Numbered from the stretch's first letter, positions 51,445 to 61,688 are shown. The stretch: 64,000 bases of DNA from Rhodoferax sp. (GCF_037143375.1 NZ_JBAWYV010000002.1:15064-79063), one strand, 5' to 3'. Made by a program: numbers and translations. The notes: generated from the sequence alone by a model not told the origin.

Positions 51445-53082
51445 TTACCCTGCTGCTGCCAGCAAAGACCGGGTGTAGTCGTGCTTTGGCACGGTCAACA
51501 CAGCACTCACTGGCCCGGACTCCACAATTTGACCTTCTTTCATGACTAAAACGTAGTGAGCCATGGCCCGAATTACATCAACATCATGGGTGATCAGTAG
51601 ATAACTCAGGCTCCGTTCACGCTGAAAGCGCTGCAGCAATTGCAACACCTGCTTTTGGATCGTGACATCAAGCGCGCTGGTAGGTTCATCAAGAACAAGC
51701 ACCCGCGGATTCACAATGATCGCGCGTGCGATGGCGATCCGTTGGCGCTGACCGCCTGAAAACTCATGAGGATACCGTTGCATGAGGTCATGCAACTGCT
51801 GCGCATCGTGTCCGGTACCCAGGCCTACATCCTGCAAAGCCTGCTCGACACGCACTCGCAGCGCTCTTGTTGTTAATTCAGGCTCGTGCACCGTAAGACC
51901 TTCGCCCACAATTTCTTCGATCGTCATGCGCGGCGACAGCGATGAAAAAGGATCCTGAAACACCACCTGCACCTCACGCCGCATGGCTTTGTTTTTGGCC
52001 GCACTGGCGTTCCAGCTTTGCCCCGTCACCTGCAAAGAACCTTTAAGGGGCAGCAAACCCAGCGCCGCCAGCGCCAGTGTTGATTTGCCGGAGCCCGATT
52101 CGCCCATCACGCCCAAAGTTTGCCCCGGATAAAACTGAAAGTCCACACTCTGTACAGCCACATACTCGGCATGGCTGAACCAGCCTTTCACACCGGGTCG
52201 TGCCACCGGATACGACACCCGCAAGGCCTGCGCCTGCATCACCGGCGCTTGCCCCGGCACCAGCGGCAACGCCAGCACGTCACGCACCGGTTTGCTGTCA
52301 ACCAAGCGCTGGGTGTAGGGGTGCTGCGGCTGTGAGAAAACATCGGCCACTAGGCCCTGCTCCACCACATGGCCGTTTTCCATGACGATAACGCGGTCGG
52401 CAAAGCGCCGCACCAAATTAAGGTCGTGGGTGATCAGCATCACCGCCATGCCATTTTTCTTTTGGAACGCCGTCAGCAGGTCGAGAATTTGGCCGCGCAA
52501 ACTCACGTCGAGGGCGGTGGTCGGCTCATCCGCCAACAGCAATTTGGGCTGACAGGCCAGCGCCATGGCGATCATGGCGCGCTGGCGTTGCCCGCCACTG
52601 AGTTGGTGCGGATACGATTTGGCCCGCCGCTCGGCTTCACTGATGCCAGTATCTGCTAGTAATTTAATAGCTGCTTGCGCGCACTGGACGGGGGCTAGAC
52701 CCTGTTTTAGTTCTAAAACCTCGGCAATTTGATCGCCTATCGTGAACAGCGGGTTCAACGCCGTCATGGGCTCCTGAAAGATCATCGAGATGTCTTGCCC
52801 CCGCAGGCCGCGCAGTTCACGTTCGGGCATCGTGAGCAGGTCGCGCTGACCGAACAAGGCGTTGCCGCTGATTTCAGCGTTTTGCACCAGACGCAACAAA
52901 CTCAAGGCAGTCACGGTTTTGCCCGAGCCCGACTCGCCCACCAGCGCCAGTTTTTCGCCCGGTGCTATGAAGAAGTCGATGCCATGCACCACTTCTTGGC
53001 CCGCAAACGAGATGCGAAGGCCACGCACATCCAGCAATTTTGCGGCGTCTGGCGGGTTGGCGACCGCATTGAAATCCGTCAT
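51445..53082 (-). CDS. yejF: ABC transporter ATP-binding protein with duplicated ATPase domains (YejF-like)
   Basis: ORF 51445..53190. Met37 (MTDFNAV, ATG 53082) overlaps the permease stop as ATGA. Two Walker A sites (GESGSGKT, GESGSGKS) and two signatures (LSGGQRQR, FSGGQRQR). Confidence 0.9.
   Translation of the reverse strand: MTDFNAVANPPDAAKLLDVRGLRISFAGQEVVHGIDFFIAPGEKLALVGESGSGKTVTALSLLRLVQNAEISGNALFGQRDLLTMPERELRGLRGQDISMIFQEPMTALNPLFTIGDQIAEVLELKQGLAPVQCAQAAIKLLADTGISEAERRAKSYPHQLSGGQRQRAMIAMALACQPKLLLADEPTTALDVSLRGQILDLLTAFQKKNGMAVMLITHDLNLVRRFADRVIVMENGHVVEQGLVADVFSQPQHPYTQRLVDSKPVRDVLALPLVPGQAPVMQAQALRVSYPVARPGVKGWFSHAEYVAVQSVDFQFYPGQTLGVMGESGSGKSTLALAALGLLPLKGSLQVTGQSWNASAAKNKAMRREVQVVFQDPFSSLSPRMTIEEIVGEGLTVHEPELTTRALRVRVEQALQDVGLGTGHDAQQLHDLMQRYPHEFSGGQRQRIAIARAIIVNPRVLVLDEPTSALDVTIQKQVLQLLQRFQRERSLSYLLITHDVDVIRAMAHYVLVMKEGQIVESGPVSAVLTVPKHDYTRSLLAAAG
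52658..52710 (+). repeat. copy of dispersed palindromic repeat, in frame inside yejF
   Basis: AGTAATTTAATAGCTGCTTGCGCGCACTGGACGGGGGCTAGACCCTGTTTTAG. It encodes (antisense) KQGLAPVQCAQAAIKLLA, about 17 codons before the first LSGGQRQR. Confidence 0.8.
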
Positions 53083-54134
53083 TGATCGGCCTTTCTGGGG
53101 TCGAGCGCATCGCGCAAGGCATCGCCCATAAAGGTGAGTAAGAGCAGCGTCACCACCAGTACGCAAAACGTGGCGAGCGAAATCCACCACGCATCAATGT
53201 TGTTTTTGCCTTGCGACAGCAATTCGCCCAACGACGGGGTGCCAGGCGGCACACCCAGGCCCAAAAAATCGAGCGAGGTCAGCGCCAGAATCGAGCCGCT
53301 CATGCGAAACGGCAAGAAAGTCACGACTGGCGTCAGGCTATTGGGCAGCAGATGCCGCACAATAATTTGCCAGTTGCTCACGCCCAAGGCGCGGGCGGCT
53401 CGCACGTAATCGAGTTGCCGGTTGCGCAAAAACTCGGCGCGCACGTAGTCACTCAGACCCATCCAGCCAAACAGACTCAACAAAATCAGCAGCAGTGCCA
53501 GACTGGGCGCAAACACCGCGCTGAAGATGATCAACAGGTACAACTCCGGCATGGAACCCCATATTTCGATAAAGCGCTGAAACGCCAGATCGGTCTTGCC
53601 ACCAAAAAATCCCTGAATCGCCCCGGTGATGACGCCCAGCAGCACGCCCGTGGCGGTCAAGGCCAGCGCAAACAGCACGCTGACCCGAAACCCATAAATC
53701 AGTTGCGCCAGCAGGTCACGCCCCCGGTCGTCGGTGCCCAACCAGTTGTCGCGGCTCGGCGCTGACGGATTGGGCTCTTTGGCGAAATAATTGAGCGTTT
53801 TGGGGCCATAGGGGTTGGGTGCAAACAAAGCCCAGTTGCCGGGCAGCGCCAGGCGCGCCCTGATGAACGGGTCCAGATAGTCTGTAGCGGTGTCAAAGTC
53901 GCCACCAAACGTTTTTTCGGAATAGTCCTTGACCATCGGAAAATAAGTCGTGCCCTCGTAGCGCACCACCAGCGGGCGGTCGTTGGAAATAATTTCGGCC
54001 ATCAGGCTTAAAGACACCAGCACCGCAAACACCAGGAGGCTCCAATAGCCCAAACGGTTGCGCTTGAAGCGAAACCAGGCGCGCTGCCAAGGACTCAGCG
54101 AGGCTGTTCTTTTCGACCTTGGCGCGGGCTGCAT
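53079..54134 (-). CDS. yejE: ABC transporter permease (YejE-like)
   Basis: ORF 53079..54173. Met14 (MQPAPRSK, ATG 54134) avoids overlap with the upstream gene. BPD-transporter-type hydrophobic profile. Confidence 0.85.
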   Translation of the reverse strand: MQPAPRSKRTASLSPWQRAWFRFKRNRLGYWSLLVFAVLVSLSLMAEIISNDRPLVVRYEGTTYFPMVKDYSEKTFGGDFDTATDYLDPFIRARLALPGNWALFAPNPYGPKTLNYFAKEPNPSAPSRDNWLGTDDRGRDLLAQLIYGFRVSVLFALALTATGVLLGVITGAIQGFFGGKTDLAFQRFIEIWGSMPELYLLIIFSAVFAPSLALLLILLSLFGWMGLSDYVRAEFLRNRQLDYVRAARALGVSNWQIIVRHLLPNSLTPVVTFLPFRMSGSILALTSLDFLGLGVPPGTPSLGELLSQGKNNIDAWWISLATFCVLVVTLLLLTFMGDALRDALDPRKADQ

Positions 54135-54147
54135 GGCGGGGCTGTGC

Positions 54148-55176
54148 TTAATCGAATTTGACACGCGGATCAACCCAGACGTAACAGAGATCGGAAATCA
54201 GCTTGGTGACCAGGCCAATCAGCGTAAAGAAATACAGCGTGCCCAGCACCACCGGGTAATCGCGCCGAATCACGCTCTCAAAGCTCAGCAGGCCCAGCCC
54301 GTCGAGCGAAAAAAGTGTCTCGATCAGCAAGGAGCCAGTAAAAAAAGCACCAATAAACGCCGCCGGAAATCCGGTGATGATCGGAATCAGGGCGTTGCGA
54401 AACACGTGTTTCCAGAGCACTTGGCGTTCATCCAGCCCTTTGGCCCGCGCCGTCACCACGTATTGCTTGCGAATTTCTTCTAAAAAAGCGTTCTTGGTCA
54501 GCATCGTGGTCACGGCAAAACTGCCCAGCACCATGGCGGTGACCGGCATCGCGATGTGCCAGAAGTAGTCGACCACGCGGGCGCCCCACGACAGCTCGTC
54601 CCAATTACTGGAGGTGAGCCCGCGCAAGGGAAACCACTGTAACTGGCCGCCAAAAATCACCAGCAGCGCGACCCCCAGAACAAAGCCGGGGATGGCATAA
54701 CCAAACAGCACCAGCAGCGTGGTAACGAAGTCAAAGCGCGACCCGGCCCGAACCGCCTTGGCAACCCCCAGCGGCACGGCAATCAGGTAGCTGATAAAAA
54801 AAGTCCACAGGCCCAGACTGATCGAAACCGGCAACTTTTCCCACAGCAGTTGTGACACGTCCTTGTTCTGGAAAAAACTCCGGCCCAGGTCAAAACGGGC
54901 AAATTGCCCCAGCATTTGAAAAAAGCGCTCGTGCGCGGGTTTGTCAAAGCCATACAAAGCCTTGATTTGCGCCAGCCGTTTAGGGTCAACGCCTTGCGCA
55001 CCGCGGTAACTCAAGCCGCCGCCTTCGGCGCTGCTACCGGTGCCGGCTTTGGCCTCGGCCATGTACTGCTCCACCGGGCCACCAGGCACAAACTGCACCA
55101 CCACAAAGGTCAGCAGCAACACGCCCAACAGCGTGGGCACCATCAGCAACAGGCGTTTAAGGATGTAGACCAGCAT
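54148..55176 (-). CDS. yejB: ABC transporter permease (YejB-like)
   Basis: 342-aa ORF with MLVYILKRLLLMVPTLLGVLLLTFVVVQFVPGGP, typical of DppB/OppB-type permeases. Confidence 0.9.
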   Translation of the reverse strand: MLVYILKRLLLMVPTLLGVLLLTFVVVQFVPGGPVEQYMAEAKAGTGSSAEGGGLSYRGAQGVDPKRLAQIKALYGFDKPAHERFFQMLGQFARFDLGRSFFQNKDVSQLLWEKLPVSISLGLWTFFISYLIAVPLGVAKAVRAGSRFDFVTTLLVLFGYAIPGFVLGVALLVIFGGQLQWFPLRGLTSSNWDELSWGARVVDYFWHIAMPVTAMVLGSFAVTTMLTKNAFLEEIRKQYVVTARAKGLDERQVLWKHVFRNALIPIITGFPAAFIGAFFTGSLLIETLFSLDGLGLLSFESVIRRDYPVVLGTLYFFTLIGLVTKLISDLCYVWVDPRVKFD

Positions 55177-55179
55177 GAT

Positions 55180-56994
55180 TTATTTTGCCCACCAGGTTTC
55201 AATGGCCCAGCTTTCGCCTTGGGCGTAAGGCGGCATCACCGGGGGTTGGGCGATGCGCCAGGCGTTATAAACAATGCGGTGCGTGCCAGCGGCCCACTGA
55301 GGTATCAGTAAATGGCTGTGACTGACCACCCGCTCAAGCGCACGACAAGCGGGCAGCAGCTCAGCCTTGGTTTTCGCGCTGGTCATCTTGCCGATCAGCG
55401 CATCGAGCGCCGGGCTCTTGACACCGGAGAGGTTGCCGGAGTCTTCAATATCAGCGGCCTTGCTGCCAAACAGGTCAGCGTATTCCTGCCCCGGGTTGTG
55501 CGTGCCGCCGTAGGCCATCGAAGTGATGTCGAACTCAAACTTTTGCAGGCGCTGCTGGTAGAGCGCAAAGTCAACCGGGCGAAAGTGGAGCGTGATGCCG
55601 AGTTTTTCGAGGTTGCGCGCCCACGGCGTCACGACCCGGGCGCTGCCTTCGTTGCTGTCCAGGTACTCAATCTCAAAGGCCTGGCCTTGGGCGTTGCGCA
55701 AGGCGCCGTCGCGCACGGTCCAACCAGCCTCTTTGAGCAAGGCTTGCGCCTGGCGCAGATTGGCGCGCAAGGACGAGTCGCCATCTGTTCGTGGGGTGAC
55801 GGTCATCGGGCCAAAGGCGGCGGCAGGAATATCCTTTCGCCAAGGTTCCATCAACGCCAATTCCTGCGCACTCGGCAGGCCCGCAGCCTGGCAATCGGTA
55901 TTGCCAAACAGACCGTTGACACGCTGATAAGCGTTGTAGAACATCTGGCGGTTCATCCACTCGTAATCCAGAGCCAGACCAAGGGCTTGGCGCACCCGCA
56001 CATCCTTGAAAGTGTCGCGCCGGGTGTTGAGCACGTAGCTCTGGAACCCCGACGGCAAGCGGTGCTTGAACTCGGCCTTGACCAACTCGCCGGAATCAAA
56101 GCGCTTCCCGGTCACGCGACGCGCCCAGTCACCGGCTGAGAAAAACCGCATCAAATCGAACTCACCCGCCTTGAGGGCTTCCAACCGGGCGGTGTTGTCC
56201 TTGTAAATCTTCACCGTGATGCGCTCGAAATTGTTGGTGCCGCGCTTCACGTTCAGGTCTTTCGCCCAATAACTGGCGTCACGCACATAGGTGATGTCTT
56301 TGCCAAAGCGCACTGGCCCTATTTTGTAAGGGCCGCTGCCAATAGGCGTGTCGGTTACCACCTGGTCAAACGGTTTGGCCTTGCCATTTTCCACACCCCA
56401 CTGGCGGCTGAACACCGGCAGGCCACCCACAGTGAGCGGCAAGCCCCGGTTGGGCTTCTTGAAACGGTAGCGCACGGTGCGCTCGTCCAAAACATCGATG
56501 CCTGCCACGTCTTCCAGCAAACTTTTGAACGCAGGCGAGGTGTGCGGCCCCATCAGGGTGTCAAAGCTGTGTTTGACGTCCTCGGCCAACACCGGGTCGC
56601 CATTGTGAAAGCGTGCTTGCGGGCGCAATTTGAAAGTGGCACTCAAACCATCTTTTGCCACCGCCACGTCACTGGCCAACAGTCCATAACCAGAGCCGGT
56701 TTCATCCAGCGCGCCGTTTAACAGCGAGTCAAACATCAGGTCTGAAAGGTACGCCGGGGCCGAACCCTTGATCGTGAACGGGTTGTATTTGTCAAACGTA
56801 GACACGCGCAAGTTGCTCACCAGGCGCAATTCGCCACCCTTGGGCGCCGTGGGATTGACGTAGTCAAAGTGCGAAAAATCGGGGGCGTACTTCAGGTCGC
56901 CCCACAGGGCGTAGCCGTGCGCCGCCCATGAGGGAGCGGACATCGCCCAACATAAAAAAAATAACAGACTTCGCATGAGACAATTCTGCATCAA
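55180..56994 (-). CDS. yejA: extracellular solute-binding protein family 5 (YejA-like)
   Basis: 604-aa ORF with a signal peptide ending SWAAHG. Size and position upstream of the two permeases and the double ATPase fit YejA. Confidence 0.8.
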   Translation of the reverse strand: MMQNCLMRSLLFFLCWAMSAPSWAAHGYALWGDLKYAPDFSHFDYVNPTAPKGGELRLVSNLRVSTFDKYNPFTIKGSAPAYLSDLMFDSLLNGALDETGSGYGLLASDVAVAKDGLSATFKLRPQARFHNGDPVLAEDVKHSFDTLMGPHTSPAFKSLLEDVAGIDVLDERTVRYRFKKPNRGLPLTVGGLPVFSRQWGVENGKAKPFDQVVTDTPIGSGPYKIGPVRFGKDITYVRDASYWAKDLNVKRGTNNFERITVKIYKDNTARLEALKAGEFDLMRFFSAGDWARRVTGKRFDSGELVKAEFKHRLPSGFQSYVLNTRRDTFKDVRVRQALGLALDYEWMNRQMFYNAYQRVNGLFGNTDCQAAGLPSAQELALMEPWRKDIPAAAFGPMTVTPRTDGDSSLRANLRQAQALLKEAGWTVRDGALRNAQGQAFEIEYLDSNEGSARVVTPWARNLEKLGITLHFRPVDFALYQQRLQKFEFDITSMAYGGTHNPGQEYADLFGSKAADIEDSGNLSGVKSPALDALIGKMTSAKTKAELLPACRALERVVSHSHLLIPQWAAGTHRIVYNAWRIAQPPVMPPYAQGESWAIETWWAK

Positions 56995-57045
56995 ATGCTT
57001 CTGCCGATTCGGTGGTGATTCAACTGCTTTTAAGAGAGAAAAGAT

Positions 57046-57840
57046 ATGGGATTCCTGACCGGAAAAAAATTACTGATTACAGGTGTTTTGTCCAAGCGCT
57101 CCATTGCCTACGGCATTGCGCAGGCTTGCCACGAGCAAGGTGCAGAGTTGGCTTTCAGCTATGTAGGCGAGCGCTTCAAGGAGCGCATCACCGAATTTGC
57201 GGCTGACTTCAACTCCACATTGGTGTTCGATTGTGATGTGGGTGATGACGCCCAGATCGAGAAACTGTTCACCGACTTATCAGCTACCTGGCCCAAGTTT
57301 GACGGCTTTGTGCACAGCATTGGCTACGCGCCCCGCGAAGCGATTGCCGGCAATTTCCTGGATGGCCTGAGCCGCGAAAACTTCCGCATTGCGCACGACA
57401 TCAGCGCCTACAGCTTTCCCGCGATGGCCAAAGCGGCCCTGCCCTACCTCAACGACAAGTCGTCGCTCGTTACATTGACCTATTTGGGTGGTGTGCGCGT
57501 GGTGCCGAGTTACAACACCATGGGCCTGGCCAAAGCGTCGCTGGAGTCGTCGGTGCGTTACCTGGCCGACGCCATTGGCCCACGCGGCATGCGCGTCAAT
57601 GGCCTGAGCGCTGGCGCGGTCAAAACCCTGGCTGCCAGCGGCATCAAGGATTTTGGCAAGTTGCTGAGCATTTCGGCGGCAGCATCGCCCCTCAAGCGCA
57701 ACGTGACGATTGAAGAAGTTGGCAACGTGGCTGCCTTCTTGCTCAGTGACCTGGCCTCCGGCATGACCGGGCAAATTTCGTATGTGGATTGCGGCGTCAG
57801 CCAGACCGCCGTTGCGGTCGTCGAAACCCCGTCTTCTTAA
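57046..57840 (+). CDS. fabI: enoyl-[acyl-carrier-protein] reductase (NADH)
   Basis: 264-aa ORF with MGFLTGKKLLITGV, HSIGYAP and YNTMGLAKASLE. Confidence 0.95.
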   Translation: MGFLTGKKLLITGVLSKRSIAYGIAQACHEQGAELAFSYVGERFKERITEFAADFNSTLVFDCDVGDDAQIEKLFTDLSATWPKFDGFVHSIGYAPREAIAGNFLDGLSRENFRIAHDISAYSFPAMAKAALPYLNDKSSLVTLTYLGGVRVVPSYNTMGLAKASLESSVRYLADAIGPRGMRVNGLSAGAVKTLAASGIKDFGKLLSISAAASPLKRNVTIEEVGNVAAFLLSDLASGMTGQISYVDCGVSQTAVAVVETPSS

Positions 57841-57845
57841 GGAAA

Positions 57846-57897
57846 AATAGCTTCTAGCCCCCGTACCACGGGCGCTAGAAGCTATTTAATTAATAGC
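57846..57897 (-). repeat. near-perfect palindromic copy of the dispersed repeat between convergent fabI and decarboxylase genes (possible bidirectional terminator)
   Basis: ATAGCTTCTAGCCCCCGT-ACC-ACGGGCGCTAGAAGCTAT at 57847-57885, 18-nt arms with one mismatch, followed by TTAATTAATAGC. Confidence 0.8.
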
Positions 57898-57903
57898 AAC
57901 TCG

Positions 57904-60192
57904 TTATTCTTTAACGCAGTCTGCGTAGTAGTGGATCTGGCCGTCAGCGCCTTCTTCTTCCACCAAACCGTGAATATCCGTCTCAAAACCTGGGCACTGG
58001 GTGTTGAACTCGCGTGAAAACTTCAGGTAATCCACGATCTTTTTGTTGAACACTTCGCCTGGAATCAGCAGTGGAATGCCGGGTGGGTAAGGTGTCACCA
58101 AGCCGACCGTGATGCGGCCTTCGAGCTTGTCAATCTCGACGCGCTCGGTTTTACGCAAAGCAATATGGGCGTAGGCGTCGCTGGGCTTCATGGCCGGGGT
58201 CAGGTCGCTCAAATACATGTCGGTGGTGAGGCGCGCAATGTCGTACTTGGCATACAACTGGTGCAGGTGCTGGCACAAATCGGCCAGGCCCATGTTTTCG
58301 TACTTGGGATGTTTCTGGCAAAACTCGGGCAGGATGCGCCACATCGGCTGATTTTTGTCGTAGTCGTCCTTGAACTGCTGCAGCGCAGTCAGCATGCTGT
58401 TCCAACGTCCCTTGGTGATGCCGATGGTGAACATGATGAAGAAGCTGTAGAGCCCGGTTTTTTCAACCACCACGCCATGTTCGGCCAAAAACTTGGTCAC
58501 GATGCTGGCCGGAATGCCTTTCTTGGCAAACTTGCCATTCAAGTCCATGCCGGGCGTCACGATGGTCGATTTGATGGGGTCGAGCATGTTGAAGCCGGTC
58601 GCCATCTTGCCGAAACCGTGCCAGTTAACACCGGCCTTGGCCTTGGCGGACTCACCCTTGATGATCCAGTCATCCGCGCGGCCAATGCCTTCGTCGACCA
58701 GCTTGTCCGGTCCCCAGACCTTGAACCACCAGTCGGTGCCGTATTCCTCGTCGATCTTGCGCATGGCGCGGCGGAAATCAAGGGCCTCGGCAATACTTTC
58801 TTCCACCAGCGCGGTGCCACCGGGTGGCTCCATCATGGCGGCCGCCACATCGCAACTGGCAATGATGCTGTACTGCGGCGAGGTTGAGGCGTGCATCAGG
58901 TACGCCTCGTTGAACAGGTGCTTGTCAAGCTTGACGGTTTGCGAATCTTGCACCAGTACATGGCTGGCCTGGCTGATACCCGCCAGCAATTTGTGGATCG
59001 ATTGCGTGGCATAAACCACCGCGTGCTTGGGGCGCACCCGGTTCTTGCCCATGGCGTGATACGAGCCATAAAACGGGTGAAACGCCGCGTGGGGCAACCA
59101 GGCTTCGTCGAAGTGGATGTTTTCCACATAGCCGTCGAGCATGCCCTTGATGGTTTCGGTGTTGTACAACACGCCGTCGTAGGTGGACTGGGTCAGCGTC
59201 AAAATGCGGGGCTTGATCTTGCTGGCGTCCACGCCTTTCAGGTGCTCTTTGATCAAGGGGTTGGCCAGGATCTTGGCTTTGATGGCTGCCGGTTCAAACT
59301 CGCTTTTAGGGATGGGGCCGATGATGCCGAAGTGGTTGCGCGTGGGTTTCAAAAACACCGGAATCGCCCCGGTCATGATGATGGCGTGCAGGTTGGACTT
59401 GTGGCAATTGCGGTCGACCACCACGATGTCATTGGGTGCGACGGTGTGGTGCCAGACCATTTTGTTGCTGGTGCTGGTGCCGTTGGTCACGAAGAAACAA
59501 TGATCGGCATTGAAAATACGCGCTGCATTGCGCTCGCTCTTACCAATGGCGCCGTCATGGTCCAGCAACTGGCCCAGTTCTTCCACTGCGTTGCAGACGT
59601 CCGCGCGCAGCATGTTTTCGCCATAAAACTGGTGGTACATCTGGCCCACTGGGCTCTTTAAAAACGCCACACCACCGGAGTGACCGGGGCAATGCCATGA
59701 ATAAGAACCGTTTTCGGCGTAGTCCAGCAGCGCCTTGAAGAACGGCGGTTGCACGCCCTCCAGGTAGCTTTTGGCTTCACGGATGATGTGGCGCGCCACA
59801 AATTCTGGCGTGTCCTCAAACATGTGAATAAACCCGTGCAACTCGCGCAGGATGTCGTTGGGCAGGTGGCGCGAGGTTTTGGTTTCGCCGTAAATGTAGA
59901 TTGGCACGTCCAGATTCTTGCGGCGCACTTCTTCAATGAAATGGCGCAGGTTCAACACTGCCGGGTCGAGGTCCGGGCCGGGCGTGAATTCTTCATCGTC
60001 AATCGACAGAATAAATGCGCTGGCGCGACTTTGCTGTTGCGCAAATTGGCTCAGATCGCCGTAGCTGGTAACGCCCAGCACTTCAAAGCCTTCGGATTCA
60101 ATCGCTTGGGCCAGCGCCCGAATACCCAGACCGGAGGTGTTTTCAGACCGAAAGTCTTCGTCGATGATGACAATGGGAAAGCGAAATTTCAT
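57904..60192 (-). CDS. Orn/Lys/Arg decarboxylase family protein (PLP-dependent, with N-terminal wing domain)
   Basis: 762-aa ORF. N-terminal receiver-like wing domain MKFRFPIVIIDEDF. PLP-lysine region ATQSIHKLLAGISQAS. Substrate not assignable from sequence alone. Confidence 0.85.
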   Translation of the reverse strand: MKFRFPIVIIDEDFRSENTSGLGIRALAQAIESEGFEVLGVTSYGDLSQFAQQQSRASAFILSIDDEEFTPGPDLDPAVLNLRHFIEEVRRKNLDVPIYIYGETKTSRHLPNDILRELHGFIHMFEDTPEFVARHIIREAKSYLEGVQPPFFKALLDYAENGSYSWHCPGHSGGVAFLKSPVGQMYHQFYGENMLRADVCNAVEELGQLLDHDGAIGKSERNAARIFNADHCFFVTNGTSTSNKMVWHHTVAPNDIVVVDRNCHKSNLHAIIMTGAIPVFLKPTRNHFGIIGPIPKSEFEPAAIKAKILANPLIKEHLKGVDASKIKPRILTLTQSTYDGVLYNTETIKGMLDGYVENIHFDEAWLPHAAFHPFYGSYHAMGKNRVRPKHAVVYATQSIHKLLAGISQASHVLVQDSQTVKLDKHLFNEAYLMHASTSPQYSIIASCDVAAAMMEPPGGTALVEESIAEALDFRRAMRKIDEEYGTDWWFKVWGPDKLVDEGIGRADDWIIKGESAKAKAGVNWHGFGKMATGFNMLDPIKSTIVTPGMDLNGKFAKKGIPASIVTKFLAEHGVVVEKTGLYSFFIMFTIGITKGRWNSMLTALQQFKDDYDKNQPMWRILPEFCQKHPKYENMGLADLCQHLHQLYAKYDIARLTTDMYLSDLTPAMKPSDAYAHIALRKTERVEIDKLEGRITVGLVTPYPPGIPLLIPGEVFNKKIVDYLKFSREFNTQCPGFETDIHGLVEEEGADGQIHYYADCVKE

Positions 60193-60321
60193 GGGTAGCT
60201 CCAGCCGCGCAAGTGATAAATATTAAACAGTCGCGAAGTGTAAGGACTTATTAAGTCAAGACCCTTGCATGCCTCTCTAATTGCTTCAAAATAGCCCGAT
60301 AGCAACAAAAATGAGGCCCGT

Positions 60322-60747
60322 ATGGCTGAATCAACGATGTGGTGGGTATTGGCTGGCGCTGTAATCGCAGTGGAATTAGCGACTGGCACCTTTTATTTGC
60401 TGATGCTGTCCATCGGACTGATGGCGGCAGCTATTTCGGCCCACTTGGGCGCTTCACAGGCCGCGCAGTATGTGGTCGCAGCCCTGGTGGGTATTGGGGC
60501 GGTGCTGGCCTGGCGCACTTACAAGCAGCAGCAACCCAGCGCCTTGCCCGCAAGCGCCAATCACGACGTCAACATGGACATCGGGGAAACCGTTCACGTT
60601 GAAGCCTGGAACCCGGATGGCACCAGCAGCGTGAAATACCGGGGTGCCCAATGGAGCGTGTCGATGGCGCCCGGCGAGCCGCACATGCCGGGTCAGTACA
60701 CGGTCATTGAAGTTGTCGGCAGCCGCTTGGTTGTCAAAAAATCTTGA
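60322..60747 (+). CDS. NfeD family membrane protein
   Basis: 141-aa ORF. Two N-terminal TM helices plus a C-terminal OB-like domain. It lies immediately upstream of the SPFH gene, the classic pairing. Confidence 0.8.
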   Translation: MAESTMWWVLAGAVIAVELATGTFYLLMLSIGLMAAAISAHLGASQAAQYVVAALVGIGAVLAWRTYKQQQPSALPASANHDVNMDIGETVHVEAWNPDGTSSVKYRGAQWSVSMAPGEPHMPGQYTVIEVVGSRLVVKKS

Positions 60748-60776
60748 TTTTTTAGTTGAATTCATTGGAGAAATAA

Positions 60777-61688
60777 ATGGAATTTGCACTCATCCTGTTC
60801 ATCATCGCGGTGATCTTCATCACGCAATCGGTCAAAGTCGTTCCCCAGCAACACGCCTGGGTGGTGGAACGGCTTGGTAAATACAACGGCACCCTGACGC
60901 CGGGCCTGAGCTTTCTGATGCCTTTTGTGGACAAGGTGGCTTACAAACACCTGCTGAAAGAAGTACCGCTGGACATCGCCAGCCAGGTTTGCATCACCAA
61001 AGACAACACGCAGTTGCAGGTAGACGGCATTTTGTACTTCCAGGTGACCGATGCGATGCGTGCCAGTTATGGCTCCAGCAACTACATCATGGCGATCTCG
61101 CAACTGGCGCAAACCTCGCTGCGCTCCGTCATCGGCAAATTGGAGCTGGATAAAACCTTTGAAGAGCGTGACATCATTAACGCCCAGGTGGTGCAGGCGA
61201 TTGACGAGGCAGCCCTGAACTGGGGTGTGAAGGTGCTGCGCTACGAGATCAAGGACCTGACACCGCCCAAAGAAATCTTGCACGCCATGCAGCAGCAAAT
61301 CACGGCCGAACGTGAAAAACGCGCCCTGATTGCAGCCTCAGAAGGTCGTCGCCAAGAGCAAATCAACATTGCTACCGGTGAGCGCGAGGCGTTCATTGCC
61401 CGCTCGGAAGGCGAAAAACAAGCCGTCATCAACAAAGCTCAGGGCGACGCCCAATCGATCACTGCCGTGGCCGAAGCCACCGCCGGCGCTATTGAACGCA
61501 TTGCCGCCGCCATTCGCCAGCCTGGTGGTGCTGAAGCCGTTCAACTGAAAGTCGCCGAGAAAGCGGTCGAGGCTTATTCACGGGTTGCCGCTGATGCCAC
61601 TACCACGCTGATCGTGCCAAGCAACATGACCGAAGTGTCCGCGCTGATTTCCTCGGCCATGAAGATGGTTCAAACTCAAAAAACGTAA
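60777..61688 (+). CDS. SPFH/band-7 (stomatin-like) protein
   Basis: 303-aa ORF. N-terminal TM helix, then VPQQHAWVVERLGKY and the EAERE-type coiled coil (QQQITAEREKRA). Confidence 0.9.
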   Translation: MEFALILFIIAVIFITQSVKVVPQQHAWVVERLGKYNGTLTPGLSFLMPFVDKVAYKHLLKEVPLDIASQVCITKDNTQLQVDGILYFQVTDAMRASYGSSNYIMAISQLAQTSLRSVIGKLELDKTFEERDIINAQVVQAIDEAALNWGVKVLRYEIKDLTPPKEILHAMQQQITAEREKRALIAASEGRRQEQINIATGEREAFIARSEGEKQAVINKAQGDAQSITAVAEATAGAIERIAAAIRQPGGAEAVQLKVAEKAVEAYSRVAADATTTLIVPSNMTEVSALISSAMKMVQTQKT

